Below are positions 45,183-54,599 of a stretch of DNA of 64,000 nt, piece by piece. The notes below the pieces were generated by a model. The model was given only the letters and a program-made list of their open reading frames with translations. It had not been told where the DNA came from and ran no database searches. The stretch comes from a virus, in the IMG/VR virus record IMGVR_UViG_3300025030_000093, positions 2,507 through 66,506 of that record, one strand, 5' to 3'. Within the stretch, counting starts at the first letter, position 1. Each line of letters begins with the position of its first letter. Made by a program: the position numbers and the translations under genes.

Positions 45183-47283
45183 TTAACCCTCCTGTGGGTT
45201 TCTGTGATGATGCTGACGCGGCGGAAGATTGTTCGCCTTGCGCCTGAATGTTCATACGTTCAAGATCGAGTTTTACCTGTGAAATTAAATGATCCGCAAA
45301 TGCCTTGTATTCCGCAAGTTGAGAACCAGCTTCCTTGGCCTCGGCGTTTGCCAGTTTGTAAATCGCATCGGCCTTGATCTGCAATATCTCGGCTTGTAAC
45401 TTGGCCTCGATAGCGTCTATCTCCCTTTCCTTGACCGCTATTTCAGCCTGCTTCAATGCCATTTCGCCCTGTTTCAGTTGCACATCCGCTGGCGGCTGTT
45501 TCATTTCCTCATCGGAAGGCAGATAATCCTCGGAGTCCTCAATTTGTAAAGCATCGAGATACAACTTACCAGCCTTACGCATACGAGGATTTGAGATCGG
45601 AATTTGCAGAAAATCAAGTACCGCCTGCGCCTTCATAAGCCGCTGGGCGTCTGTCGCCTCTCGCGGATCGGCTACCGGCACAACATCCAGATCGTCGTCC
45701 TGATAATCCGCCTTGGCGACCTGATAAGCCTCATCATCCAGCATCCGGTTGTAATCCATATCTTCAAGGTATCGCCGGTTCAAGCGGTGAATCTTGCGGT
45801 ATTCGTTTTTGAGGGAGTTGAACAGGCGTTCACGCACGGCGGTAAAGAACTTCGTCGCCTGTTCGATCAAGGCCAGTGTGGTCGTAGCTGGCTGATCGGC
45901 TTGTTTGACATCACCAGACAAGACATCCACGGACTGTCCAAGGCGCTGACTGGATTCAATAATCAGTCCAAGTAATTCAAAAAGCGCGGGACTTGGCCCC
46001 TGGAAATTGAACGGAATAAACTTGCCGCGCAGATCATTACCACTGCCTTTATCGCGGGCTTGGAGCCATGTGCCCGGTTCAAGAACGAACTTACCGGATT
46101 TGCGATTTGCCCCGAATATCTCAAGGTCATCTGATACCAGTCCGCCGCCTGCGTTCTGCAATGTTGCGGCGTCGAGCATCTGATTGATAATCGAATTAAC
46201 AACCTTGTTCGAGTGCCCCAAGAGACGGCCAAGGCCAATACCGTAAAAAGAACCATCTATGGAAGGCATGAAAAAGAATTTCGTGTAGTAACATTCGGCG
46301 TCGATATATGTTACTTCGTTCTTTTTGTTCCACGCGATTGCTTCTTCTTCCCAGCGGGCGGTAATACGAAGAACCTTATTGGTCTTTTTATGCACGAAGA
46401 TATTTACCGGCTCCGCGTAGCCATCATCGTCCAAATCGTAACACCGGCTCTGTTCGAGAATCAGATATGGATTCTGACTATCCGTTCCACCGCCGGTCTT
46501 AGAATCGGCTTCACCTTCGCCTAAATCGACTTTCAGGAACTCACCAGTCCGTTGCTTAGTCGCCAGTTCATTCGGTGTAAGCTCGTATTCGTGGGTAATT
46601 CGCTTGGCAGTGTCGAGCGTTTTAGTCCAGTAATGCACCGTTACGTCGCTGGCCCGCAGGAACACTGACTCCGGTTTACCTTTCTCGACACACCAATAGG
46701 TTTTCTTAAAGCCAACGCCTGCCACAGCGTAATAGTGCAATAGAGAATCCATGTCCTCATACCAGCCGTCCATCTGTTCGGCAAGCTGGAAAGACATGTG
46801 ATCGCTGATACGGTCGGCCCGCTCAACTTTTTCATTTGTTTTCTTGCCTACAACCTTGGCTTTGACTACCATACCTTCGCGTACAACCGTCGGCAATGTA
46901 CGGGAGGCAAACTGCACAGCACCCATCGAGACAAGCGGATAGACGATATTAGCCGCTTCGGCATGCGGGAAGGACTTCTTCTTGGCAATCATTGAAGCAA
47001 GTTGCATTGCTTCTTCATTCTGTTTGTCCCATTCCTCGCGGGACTTCTTATCCAGGTCGTATTCCGATACCACAAGCTGACCGAGCGTATCCAGAGTACC
47101 TTGCTCTATATCGTCAGCGATATTCTTCTTAGTCGTCCAATCCTTGAGTTTCTGGATATTCTTCGGCACAGAAGGCTGGAAGGATTGTTCCTGCGCCATC
47201 GGCATGGCCATCTGTGGTTCAGCGGCCATCATAGGCGCTTCAGGCTGCACCATAGGTTGTCCCATATTTCTTACGTCTATCAT
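45064..47283 (-). CDS. portal protein
   Basis: D..SR..W, K.FP...A.N..YP, A.QF..R, RA.R...HM..QL, G..FKK.Y, DLD.DG..EP, N.II.Q..DA.T..N..GG, PS..LF.LL. Confidence 0.9.
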   Translation of the reverse strand: MIDVRNMGQPMVQPEAPMMAAEPQMAMPMAQEQSFQPSVPKNIQKLKDWTTKKNIADDIEQGTLDTLGQLVVSEYDLDKKSREEWDKQNEEAMQLASMIAKKKSFPHAEAANIVYPLVSMGAVQFASRTLPTVVREGMVVKAKVVGKKTNEKVERADRISDHMSFQLAEQMDGWYEDMDSLLHYYAVAGVGFKKTYWCVEKGKPESVFLRASDVTVHYWTKTLDTAKRITHEYELTPNELATKQRTGEFLKVDLGEGEADSKTGGGTDSQNPYLILEQSRCYDLDDDGYAEPVNIFVHKKTNKVLRITARWEEEAIAWNKKNEVTYIDAECYYTKFFFMPSIDGSFYGIGLGRLLGHSNKVVNSIINQMLDAATLQNAGGGLVSDDLEIFGANRKSGKFVLEPGTWLQARDKGSGNDLRGKFIPFNFQGPSPALFELLGLIIESSQRLGQSVDVLSGDVKQADQPATTTLALIEQATKFFTAVRERLFNSLKNEYRKIHRLNRRYLEDMDYNRMLDDEAYQVAKADYQDDDLDVVPVADPREATDAQRLMKAQAVLDFLQIPISNPRMRKAGKLYLDALQIEDSEDYLPSDEEMKQPPADVQLKQGEMALKQAEIAVKEREIDAIEAKLQAEILQIKADAIYKLANAEAKEAGSQLAEYKAFADHLISQVKLDLERMNIQAQGEQSSAASASSQKPTGGLNGESAEAAVAAGSMGGMEANGANAGVLPATGGTEGASQG

Positions 47284-47333
47284 ATTCAACTATCCTGTTT
47301 TTCGATAAGAGGCGGTCTATCCGCGAAACTGAT

Positions 47334-47582
47334 TTAATATCCTGTATCTGGCATAATATTATTTTTTCTTGCGCCTAATATTTCATGTAAAGCTTCTACT
47401 TCTGGTTGCATAAACAAGTCGTGTCCCTTTGCAGCATAAATCAATTTGTAGGATGCCCCACATTGACATATTCCATCTTTACCATTGGCCTCCTCGATGG
47501 GGCAAGAGAGTCCCACTCGAAACGTTACAATATTGCGGCAACCAGTACATTGAGACGCTAACGTATATAAATATTCTTCCAT
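47334..47582 (-). CDS. small Cys-rich inserted gene
   Basis: CTGC...CQCG; flanked by 15-bp direct repeat. Confidence 0.6.
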   Translation of the reverse strand: MEEYLYTLASQCTGCRNIVTFRVGLSCPIEEANGKDGICQCGASYKLIYAAKGHDLFMQPEVEALHEILGARKNNIMPDTGY

Positions 47583-47583
47583 T

Positions 47584-49059
47584 TCAATATCCTGTATCTG
47601 AATCCGGCGCTTTATGTTGCTGTTCCAAAGAAAAAGAATCTTCATCGCTTTCCAGTCTTGCGCCAAGCCTTTCGGCAAAAGTAATCGCAAGAGCATCCGC
47701 GCAGTCGGGACTACTCAAACCACGGGATTTCATGTCCTCTTTCCGTTCAAGTTGTATTTGCTCTCTTTTGTTATATCCATATTCCGGGCCAAGTAAATCG
47801 TTTATCAACTCCTGATCGTTTGGTATATCTGCATTTGCCAGCCATTCTTTCATCAGGTCCCACATTTCGGCGCGTTTATTCGCATACTTTCTTGTGTCTG
47901 AAGCGCGAACGCCATTCTGCACACCAATCCATCTATGCCCAAGTTGGTGTCCACGGTCTAATACGCCAGCGCCAAGGCCGTCCTCATCCACGAATACAAT
48001 GTCCGCCCGCCATTTGTTCTCTACCGCCACAAGGCGGCTTGCTACTTGCATCGTATCTAACTCACGGTACTTCTCGGTATGGATAATCTTTAAACCGCGT
48101 CGTACCTGCATTACTGTTTGATCGTCACCGAAACGCGCCACGTCACAGCCAACACAGATCGGGCTGTACGCCATTTCCCGCAAATCGTACTCACGCCCAA
48201 CGGCGGCATTTACAAGATCATTACCGATAAACTGCGTAGAAGCAGCGCGAGGAAATTGCCCAAGACCATGAACGCGCACAAAGTCGCTATCTTCACCGTA
48301 ATCCTCTACCCACTGCTTGAACTTCGTTAAGTTGCGACTCGACATCTTACAGGTGCGTATGTCCAACTGAAAACGATGCCAACGGTGCATGAGTCTGCCG
48401 AAGCATTCACGGAAACGACCCACGTTGCGCGTCGGGTTTCCCAAGACTATCCAAATACTGTTAGGTTCTGTAAAAGCACCTTCGCTTGCTTCCCAAATAG
48501 TGTCCGCTATAGAACTGCCTTCATCAAAAATAAACAGTGTTGCCTGCCCGTGGGTTCCAGCGAAAGCCTCTGGCTTCTGTTCGTTCCACGGGATAGCCGA
48601 AGCGTACCATGTTTTCTGTTCATTCTGCCGGTAATACTTGGTAGCCGTCCAGACAAACCAATGGCCGTTCAGCGCCCTGGTTTGCCACAGCGCCACTTCA
48701 CGCCATGTCTTTGTATCTAACTGTGTGGCAGTATTGGCCGTAACTACGATACGCGGATTCTTAAAGCAACTATTAAACCAATGTACCAACCATGCGGCCA
48801 GAGCACCCTTGCCAACGCCGTTACCACTGGCGACAGCTATCTGCAAAGATTCTGTCTTGTATTTGCCGGACGCATAATAATCCTCGATAACCGCCATTAC
48901 ATCGTCTTGCCACTTATCAGGTCCGGCTTCATTCGCCAGTTCCGTTCCCGGAGCACCCCACGGATAAATGACACGCACAAAGGAACGCGGTTTCTGGCGA
49001 TACTCCACACAGATTTGAGCCAAGCGTTCATCGAGCGTCAGGTTAGGATCAAACGTCAT
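47584..49059 (-). CDS. terL: terminase large subunit
   Basis: ASGNGVGK Walker A, LFIFDE Walker B, GNPTR, GCDVARFGDD, SPDCADALA. Confidence 0.95.
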   Translation of the reverse strand: MTFDPNLTLDERLAQICVEYRQKPRSFVRVIYPWGAPGTELANEAGPDKWQDDVMAVIEDYYASGKYKTESLQIAVASGNGVGKGALAAWLVHWFNSCFKNPRIVVTANTATQLDTKTWREVALWQTRALNGHWFVWTATKYYRQNEQKTWYASAIPWNEQKPEAFAGTHGQATLFIFDEGSSIADTIWEASEGAFTEPNSIWIVLGNPTRNVGRFRECFGRLMHRWHRFQLDIRTCKMSSRNLTKFKQWVEDYGEDSDFVRVHGLGQFPRAASTQFIGNDLVNAAVGREYDLREMAYSPICVGCDVARFGDDQTVMQVRRGLKIIHTEKYRELDTMQVASRLVAVENKWRADIVFVDEDGLGAGVLDRGHQLGHRWIGVQNGVRASDTRKYANKRAEMWDLMKEWLANADIPNDQELINDLLGPEYGYNKREQIQLERKEDMKSRGLSSPDCADALAITFAERLGARLESDEDSFSLEQQHKAPDSDTGY

Positions 49060-49190
49060 TCAGCTTCTGCTTTCTCCCAAAACTCGACCACATATTCAGT
49101 GCCGCAAACAGAACATTCGATCATTTCTGGCAGTATATCGCCCTCAAAAAAGAAGCCTGGATTTTCATAACCGCAATTTGGACAGGCCAT
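49056..49190 (-). CDS. small zinc-ribbon protein
   Basis: CPNC...CSVC, AAGGAGG RBS, ATGA coupling to terL. Confidence 0.6.
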   Translation of the reverse strand: MACPNCGYENPGFFFEGDILPEMIECSVCGTEYVVEFWEKAEAE

Positions 49191-49207
49191 TAAATGGCCT
49201 CCTTGTA

Positions 49208-49702
49208 TTAAGATATACATTCACTCCATTTGGGTGATAGTTTATATTTTACCGTATTGGAATATGTTACATTCGGCGGTGACCAATCAGGAATAGACCT
49301 TGCCTTGCTAATCAGTAATCGCATATAAAACTGCTTTTCTTTATCCGTCTGTTCTATATATGGCTCAAATCGCCAATGGAGCCTAAGTGGTCCACATTCC
49401 GCTCCTTGTGTATGCCTGGCTTTTTCTACCTCGCATAAAAATCGTATTAGATTCTTAAATCGCGCCTCTACGCCACTATAAAAGTTCTTATAGGGCGGCC
49501 TACATCCAAAACCATAGGCAACATAAGGCTCGCCAGTATCAGCCCAAGCAAAATTTGTATTCTCGCCCACTACTCCAACATAATCTTCAGCCCACTCTTT
49601 GAGCCTGCGACAAAACGCTTCGTCGTTTTCAAAATTCGGTAACTTTAGTTGCGAGAAAAGAGGCAAAGCAAAGACACTGGCAAATAAACTACGCCTATTC
49701 AT
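49208..49702 (-). CDS. hypothetical protein with Tat-like RR leader
   Basis: MNRRSLFASVFALP N-terminus. Confidence 0.6.
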   Translation of the reverse strand: MNRRSLFASVFALPLFSQLKLPNFENDEAFCRRLKEWAEDYVGVVGENTNFAWADTGEPYVAYGFGCRPPYKNFYSGVEARFKNLIRFLCEVEKARHTQGAECGPLRLHWRFEPYIEQTDKEKQFYMRLLISKARSIPDWSPPNVTYSNTVKYKLSPKWSECIS

Positions 49703-49703
49703 A

Positions 49704-50309
49704 TTATCCTTCTTTCTCTATCGGCGGCGGGACAAGACTTATAACGCCACTGTGGGCCGCTTCCTGTGCCTGCCGCTCTTTTTCCCGTTTCTCCGCGTCA
49801 TCCAGTAACTTAGACGCCTCACCGTTGACATGCAAGGTCTGTTCGTATCTGTGTTTCCATTCGTCCCGGCGGCGGTTCGTTAACCATGCCATAGCCGCTG
49901 CCGTATCGGGCGGAACACTGCGCTTGACGCGGCAGACTTCTACACGGTGCTCCCCGAAAGCTTTCTTTAAATCATTCAGCGTGAGATTGATACCAGCCGC
50001 AGTTGCTTTAGACATCAGTTTCTTAGCAATAAACTCCACCGCCGGTTTCTCGGTAATCTCTTCGTATTCGTATCCGCAAGCCCTCTTGTAAAGACCGGCC
50101 TGCACCTTCATGTCCGCAAGCTCTTTGGCGGAGTTCATCGCTTCCAATAGGTCGGGGTGAATCTGCCTGTGCTTACTGAGAGTAGATGCAGAGATACCCA
50201 ATTTGGAAGCAATTTCTACATCCGTTGCGCCTTGGCCGCACCACTTGGCTATTGTGTCTAAGTGTGGTTTAATATGCGTATTATATCTGTCTTTACGATC
50301 AAAAGTCAT
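49704..50309 (-). CDS. terS: terminase small subunit
   Basis: N-terminal HTH (EIASKLGIS.ST), LYKRA.GY.YEE, PPDT.A...WL.NR....W. Confidence 0.85.
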   Translation of the reverse strand: MTFDRKDRYNTHIKPHLDTIAKWCGQGATDVEIASKLGISASTLSKHRQIHPDLLEAMNSAKELADMKVQAGLYKRACGYEYEEITEKPAVEFIAKKLMSKATAAGINLTLNDLKKAFGEHRVEVCRVKRSVPPDTAAAMAWLTNRRRDEWKHRYEQTLHVNGEASKLLDDAEKREKERQAQEAAHSGVISLVPPPIEKEG

Positions 50310-50317
50310 TTCCTCTC

Positions 50318-50488
50318 CTATGCCAATAAGTCTTTGATATTATCAGCCATTGCCCGGCTGATTTCAGGATCAAGTTCAATAGTCTGCTCGTTGAGCCTGT
50401 TGGAAAATTCATTAAGAATTTTCAACTTTTCTTCGTCGGATAATTGCGGTCCGTTAATGGCGTTCTTTATGTTTTGAGAAAAGGTCAT
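50318..50488 (-). CDS. hypothetical protein (56 aa)
   Basis: GGGAG RBS, ATGA overlap with upstream gene. Confidence 0.55.
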   Translation of the reverse strand: MTFSQNIKNAINGPQLSDEEKLKILNEFSNRLNEQTIELDPEISRAMADNIKDLLA

Positions 50489-51501
50489 TGTTTTCTCTCC
50501 CTTGTCAATCCAGCAGGCGTACCGATCCAGATAGTCATAAGACTGTCCAGACCGGAAGTATGACGTTCAACATATATGGCATGGATGAAGTTATTCGGCA
50601 GGCTGTCATTGGTACTCTCGGAAGTGAATGCGGCACAATATCCGGTCGGCAATCTATAACTGACAACGCCGGAATCCGTGGCAAAGAAGGTCAAGTGACT
50701 GCCGTTGGATTTCCATTTGCTGCACGATATGTCATAAACGGTTCTTCCGCCGTAAGCATCCAGCGAGTCGGATATATCTGTCCAAAGTGTGTCCTGATCG
50801 AACCTTACCGCGCCTTGTGGCCCGCCAAACCAGACATCGTTGCTGTCATCCACGGCGATAGCGTAAACGCGGTTACTTGGCAAACCATCGGCTGTGGTAT
50901 AGTTAAACCACGCACCCGGCCCCATATAAACCGTTGCACCACTATCCGTGCCAAACCAGAGATTGCCGGATGAATCGCGGGCCATTGAGAATACCGTTGT
51001 CCCCGGCAACGAGTCCGTGAAGTTATTAAATACCAGTGTGTCGGGATCAAAGAAATACAATCCAGCGCCAGTCCCGTAAGTTCCGAAATAGACATTTCCA
51101 AGAGTATCCGGCATGACGCGCCAGACATTGTTCGATACCAAGCCGCTGTCGGTGTTGAGTAATCTTATAGTACCAAGTGATAGACCTGCGCCAGTTGCCA
51201 ACCATGTCGCGCTATTAACGGGCGACCACGCGAGGTCCCGCACATCATTGCGGGTATTAGGTGCAATCGAACTATCGGCGGTTAATATGATCGTGAATGT
51301 ACTATCGGTTTCGGGTGAGGCATAACCAGAAGCCAGCGCCACCCATAGATTGTTGGCAACATCTGTCGTTATCGCACGCACCGGATTCTGCTTGAGCGAA
51401 TCCTGTATAGTCAGGAAAGTAAACGTCCGCCAAGTAGCGGTTGTTATCTGTGACCACAAAAGAACCGGAATAAGCAAACACAACGCAAATAGTTTCTTCA
51501 A
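50485..51501 (-). CDS. secreted Reg_prop-type beta-propeller protein
   Basis: Signal MKKLFALCLLIPVLLWS|Q; repeats GLPSN.V.AI..D..G.LWFGT..G. Confidence 0.85.
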   Translation of the reverse strand: MKKLFALCLLIPVLLWSQITTATWRTFTFLTIQDSLKQNPVRAITTDVANNLWVALASGYASPETDSTFTIILTADSSIAPNTRNDVRDLAWSPVNSATWLATGAGLSLGTIRLLNTDSGLVSNNVWRVMPDTLGNVYFGTYGTGAGLYFFDPDTLVFNNFTDSLPGTTVFSMARDSSGNLWFGTDSGATVYMGPGAWFNYTTADGLPSNRVYAIAVDDSNDVWFGGPQGAVRFDQDTLWTDISDSLDAYGGRTVYDISCSKWKSNGSHLTFFATDSGVVSYRLPTGYCAAFTSESTNDSLPNNFIHAIYVERHTSGLDSLMTIWIGTPAGLTRERKQ

Positions 51502-51923
51502 TTTACAAACCGCTCCCTGTTTTCAATATACGGCGCGACATTCTCCCGCAGAAACTCGACAATATCAAAAGCCTTTCCCTTCGGCGCTCCTAGTCTTTCA
51601 ACGCACAGGTCGGCAATAGTCTGGATTTGCGTAACAAGGTTGTCTATATTCTCAGGAACACCGATAATAGAAAACTCTGGATTGACAAAAGAAGGTATAT
51701 CGCCAGAAAGAATGATAACTTCGTTCTGTTCGTACATGATACTGATGGTTCCGGTGCGTGAATCAACGAAAACCTTCTTGATATATTTATCAGCGCCGCC
51801 CTGTACGCCCTTTTCGACCGTCATAAGATTGCGTCCGGTAGAAAACAGGCCGAGAAGGATAGCCGGATTAACGCGAAGGATGTATTTTTTCATAAGGGGA
51901 TTATCCCTTTTCGGCAGAATCAT
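51498..51923 (-). CDS. hypothetical protein
   Basis: Coupled ORF. Confidence 0.6.
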   Translation of the reverse strand: MILPKRDNPLMKKYILRVNPAILLGLFSTGRNLMTVEKGVQGGADKYIKKVFVDSRTGTISIMYEQNEVIILSGDIPSFVNPEFSIIGVPENIDNLVTQIQTIADLCVERLGAPKGKAFDIVEFLRENVAPYIENRERFVN

Positions 51924-52158
51924 CTTCTACCGTCTCAATAAACGCCTGAAATTTGCCGTCCTTTACGGCCTGCCTTATTTCCGCCACGCCCTTAATAAAA
52001 CGATTGACCGGCTGCCAATCTAAAGCCTTCCCGCAAGCAAAACACTCTTGGGGTGGCAAGCGCGACTCTATTGGCACTTCAAACTTAGCCCCACAAATGC
52101 AAGCTATTTTAACATAACTTATTTCTTTTAAATCAGTTACATAGACTTTCTTGGTCAT
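51901..52158 (-). CDS. zinc-ribbon protein
   Basis: CICG...CFACG; GAGG RBS. Confidence 0.6.
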   Translation of the reverse strand: MTKKVYVTDLKEISYVKIACICGAKFEVPIESRLPPQECFACGKALDWQPVNRFIKGVAEIRQAVKDGKFQAFIETVEDDSAEKG

Positions 52159-52179
52159 TTTCCCTCTCATAGGCGGTAA

Positions 52180-52250
52180 GGGGAGGGTGCCGGTGCCTGC
52201 ATTGGGCTTTGGTTCCGATAGCAGAGGGTTCGACTCCCTCCCGCTCCACC
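52180..52250 (+). tRNA. D-arm-less tRNA-like RNA, anticodon TTG (Gln), Ala-type acceptor
   Basis: T-arm GAGGG-TTCGACT-CCCTC; arm ATTGGG-CTTTGGT-TCCGAT; acceptor GGGGAGG/CCGCTCC followed by ACC. Confidence 0.55.
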
Positions 52251-52263
52251 GTTTTAAGACAAT

Positions 52264-52334
52264 GACCCGGTCATCTAATGGCAGGACGCGCGACTTTAAA
52301 TCGTGATACGGGGGTTAGAGCCCCCTCCGGGCCA
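52264..52334 (+). tRNA. tRNA with TTA anticodon (ochre-suppressor-like; possibly degenerate)
   Basis: Cloverleaf GACCCGG/CCGGGCC, ATCT-AATGGCA-GGAC, CGCGA-CTTTAAA-TCGTG, GGGGG-TTAGAGC-CCCCT. Confidence 0.65.
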
Positions 52335-52354
52335 CTAATTAAAATAGATCAAAA

Positions 52355-52585
52355 CTATTCTGGAATTGGACCTTCCATAAAGGTTAAAAATATTGAACCA
52401 TCTGGATATCGAAGATGGCTAAACGCATTGATTCTCGCATTGGCTACGTTCTTCGTAACATAAGCAATATCAAATGAATATAGATCAAATTCATGGTCAT
52501 ATATAGCAACACTTAAATCCCCATATTTTGATTTTATATCCTCAAGATCGTGAATTAGCTCGGAAATCTTCAATGGATAACCCAT
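52355..52585 (-). CDS. hypothetical protein
   Basis: KISELI..L..IK..YGDL.V motif common in phage small proteins. Confidence 0.65.
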   Translation of the reverse strand: MGYPLKISELIHDLEDIKSKYGDLSVAIYDHEFDLYSFDIAYVTKNVANARINAFSHLRYPDGSIFLTFMEGPIPE

Positions 52586-52586
52586 T

Positions 52587-52802
52587 TCATAATTCCATCC
52601 CTTCCTGTGGATATACGCCAAGCTCCGGGTCCGTTCCATACTTATCCGCATAGGCGACAATGATTCTTGAGAGATTTAGCAGGATTTTTGTCTGTAATTC
52701 AATCAGATCGTCCCGCAGATCGCGTTCAAATCCGCGAACTTGATACGTTTCCATCAGTTCGGTGTGTCTTTTCAGGTCAATATCGCCTGCCGCCAAGAAC
52801 AT
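52587..52802 (-). CDS. hypothetical protein
   Basis: GAGG RBS before MFLAAG, downstream of sigma70-like promoter. Confidence 0.55.
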   Translation of the reverse strand: MFLAAGDIDLKRHTELMETYQVRGFERDLRDDLIELQTKILLNLSRIIVAYADKYGTDPELGVYPQEGMEL

Positions 52803-52822
52803 TTGCGCCTCAATTCTCATTC

Positions 52823-52851
52823 ACCATAACAAATTTGCAGTGAAAATGCAA
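52823..52851 (-). promoter_or_regulatory. sigma70-like promoter
   Basis: TTGCAT-17 bp-TATGGT with extended -10 TG. Confidence 0.55.
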
Positions 52852-52865
52852 GACGTACGACAAAA

Positions 52866-53297
52866 TTATGCTTTTAGCGTCTTTCGGAACGCATCGAGAT
52901 CAAATTTAAGGCCCGGACAGGTCTTATGCAGATTATAGTCGCGGTGTCCTTTGACATTCGCCACCGGGATATTGAATATGTCCATGAGCGACTTGACCAG
53001 CCGGGCCAGTAAGGCTAATTTTTCAGGAGAAGGAGCCTCCAAATCATAATTACCGACAACACAAATGCCGATTGACTTGATATTCATGCCCTCTGTGGGA
53101 CAATGAGCGCCCTGTTCAGTCAGCATACGGCCCACAAGGATTTGCAAAGTGCCTTCAATATCTTCCATGCCGTATTGATAGCCGATATCATTCCAGCCGT
53201 TAGTCTTTGTATGGTAATCTTTTATGTCATCCCACGATAAAGTCTTGCCGTCCGCCGTCTGGCTGTGGTGAATCAGGACATGGGTAATCTGTCTCAT
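52866..53297 (-). CDS. N-acetylmuramoyl-L-alanine amidase endolysin (Amidase_2, T7-lysozyme-like)
   Basis: IHHS, GW.DIGY, GAH, SIGIC..G, GHRD, KTCPG. Confidence 0.92.
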   Translation of the reverse strand: MRQITHVLIHHSQTADGKTLSWDDIKDYHTKTNGWNDIGYQYGMEDIEGTLQILVGRMLTEQGAHCPTEGMNIKSIGICVVGNYDLEAPSPEKLALLARLVKSLMDIFNIPVANVKGHRDYNLHKTCPGLKFDLDAFRKTLKA

Positions 53298-53353
53298 TTG
53301 ATCTTCTTTCTATCAATCGTGCAGCGCAGCATTGCATTAATCCTTTTCAGGCG

Positions 53354-53569
53354 TCATTTGCACCACGGAGCAACAAGCCGCCAAATTAACTCAAGCGGAA
53401 TAAAAATGATAGGCCAAAAACATATAATCCCAAGAGTAGAGAAGAAAATCTCCCATCCTTTTTCTCCTTCGGTCTTAAAGTCATCCCAAAGCTCCACAGA
53501 ACACCAAAACGATGTTGCCAGCAGTACCCATATAAGACATAGTTCATAGATCGCCAAATGGGAAAACAT
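53354..53569 (-). CDS. two-TM membrane protein
   Basis: AAGGAGG RBS; two hydrophobic segments; near endolysin. Confidence 0.55.
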   Translation of the reverse strand: MFSHLAIYELCLIWVLLATSFWCSVELWDDFKTEGEKGWEIFFSTLGIICFWPIIFIPLELIWRLVAPWCK

Positions 53570-53588
53570 ATTAATCCTCCTTACCATG

Positions 53589-53969
53589 TTATGCTTTGAC
53601 TTTTTTGCAAGCACCCGTAATCTTCGGATAACGCTTTGATTCTATTGCGGCTTCTTTATAATCTTTACTTAAAAAGGTACAAGACGAAACATAAGTCGAA
53701 TCCGCCTGTACCAACACGGCATCACAATGAATGACATAACCATTCAGCCCTGTATGTTTTCCGGTAGGGTTATTCTCTGGAATAACCAGCACCTTGACGC
53801 TCTCTGGTAATATGCGGACTTGACTGACTTCCTTGAGACCAATCCTAGTTTCGCGCCGAAGCCTCATAATCTGATATTCGAGATAGCCGCTTGTCGCCGA
53901 AGCAACACCAACCGCTATTATTAGGCAAATCCATATCCAAGCAGACTCCATTCTTTCATCCTCTCCCAT
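53589..53969 (-). CDS. N-terminally anchored membrane protein
   Basis: TM AWIWICLIIAVGVA. Confidence 0.6.
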   Translation of the reverse strand: MGEDERMESAWIWICLIIAVGVASATSGYLEYQIMRLRRETRIGLKEVSQVRILPESVKVLVIPENNPTGKHTGLNGYVIHCDAVLVQADSTYVSSCTFLSKDYKEAAIESKRYPKITGACKKVKA

Positions 53970-54120
53970 GCGGGAGAACTAAGATACACACTAAAACAGT
54001 GAATGCCTCTGTAACGTCTCACTGTTAATTAGTGCAAATAAGAGCGCCGCAAATATCGTAGGGGACATTAAACCTCCTAAAAAGTTGCCCAAAATTATAC
54101 ACAAAATATTTTTACAGAAA

Positions 54121-54390
54121 CTAAATGCAATACTCGTAAACTCCCGGCAGGTAGTCCATCCCTAAGAGACGCTTGACAAACCAAGCCTTTATGCCGTCAT
54201 AATCCTCAGTCATAAATAAGTTCCTTAACTCATCGTCAACTATCGGCTCTACATACACCCGCTGGCTGTACGCCGCCCAACTCCTAAACGCAGGAGCGAA
54301 AAGCTTTATTAGCTGTTCGTCAGAAATAACACGAGGCGCAGGTTTGCCAAAAAAGAATTTCCAAATTTCGTATGGCAGATCGTTAAACAT
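54121..54390 (-). CDS. hypothetical protein
   Basis: TAATG coupling. Confidence 0.55.
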   Translation of the reverse strand: MFNDLPYEIWKFFFGKPAPRVISDEQLIKLFAPAFRSWAAYSQRVYVEPIVDDELRNLFMTEDYDGIKAWFVKRLLGMDYLPGVYEYCI

Positions 54391-54599
54391 TACTGATCCG
54401 GATTTTGGATAATGAAAGTACCCCCATAACTTCCAGTTTGCACTTTGCCGGTTTTATTAGCTTGCGCCTTGAGCGCATCACTAACTTCGCGCAGTCCTGA
54501 AGTTTTTATATACTCCTCGACGGTCTTTTTAAAGTAGGCTTCACAAGTTGGCTCTAACGCATGCACTAACTTGTTTAATTTTGATATACCAAGGGACAT
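54390..54599 (-). CDS. hypothetical protein
   Basis: AGGAGG RBS; first gene of leftward arm. Confidence 0.6.
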   Translation of the reverse strand: MSLGISKLNKLVHALEPTCEAYFKKTVEEYIKTSGLREVSDALKAQANKTGKVQTGSYGGTFIIQNPDQ

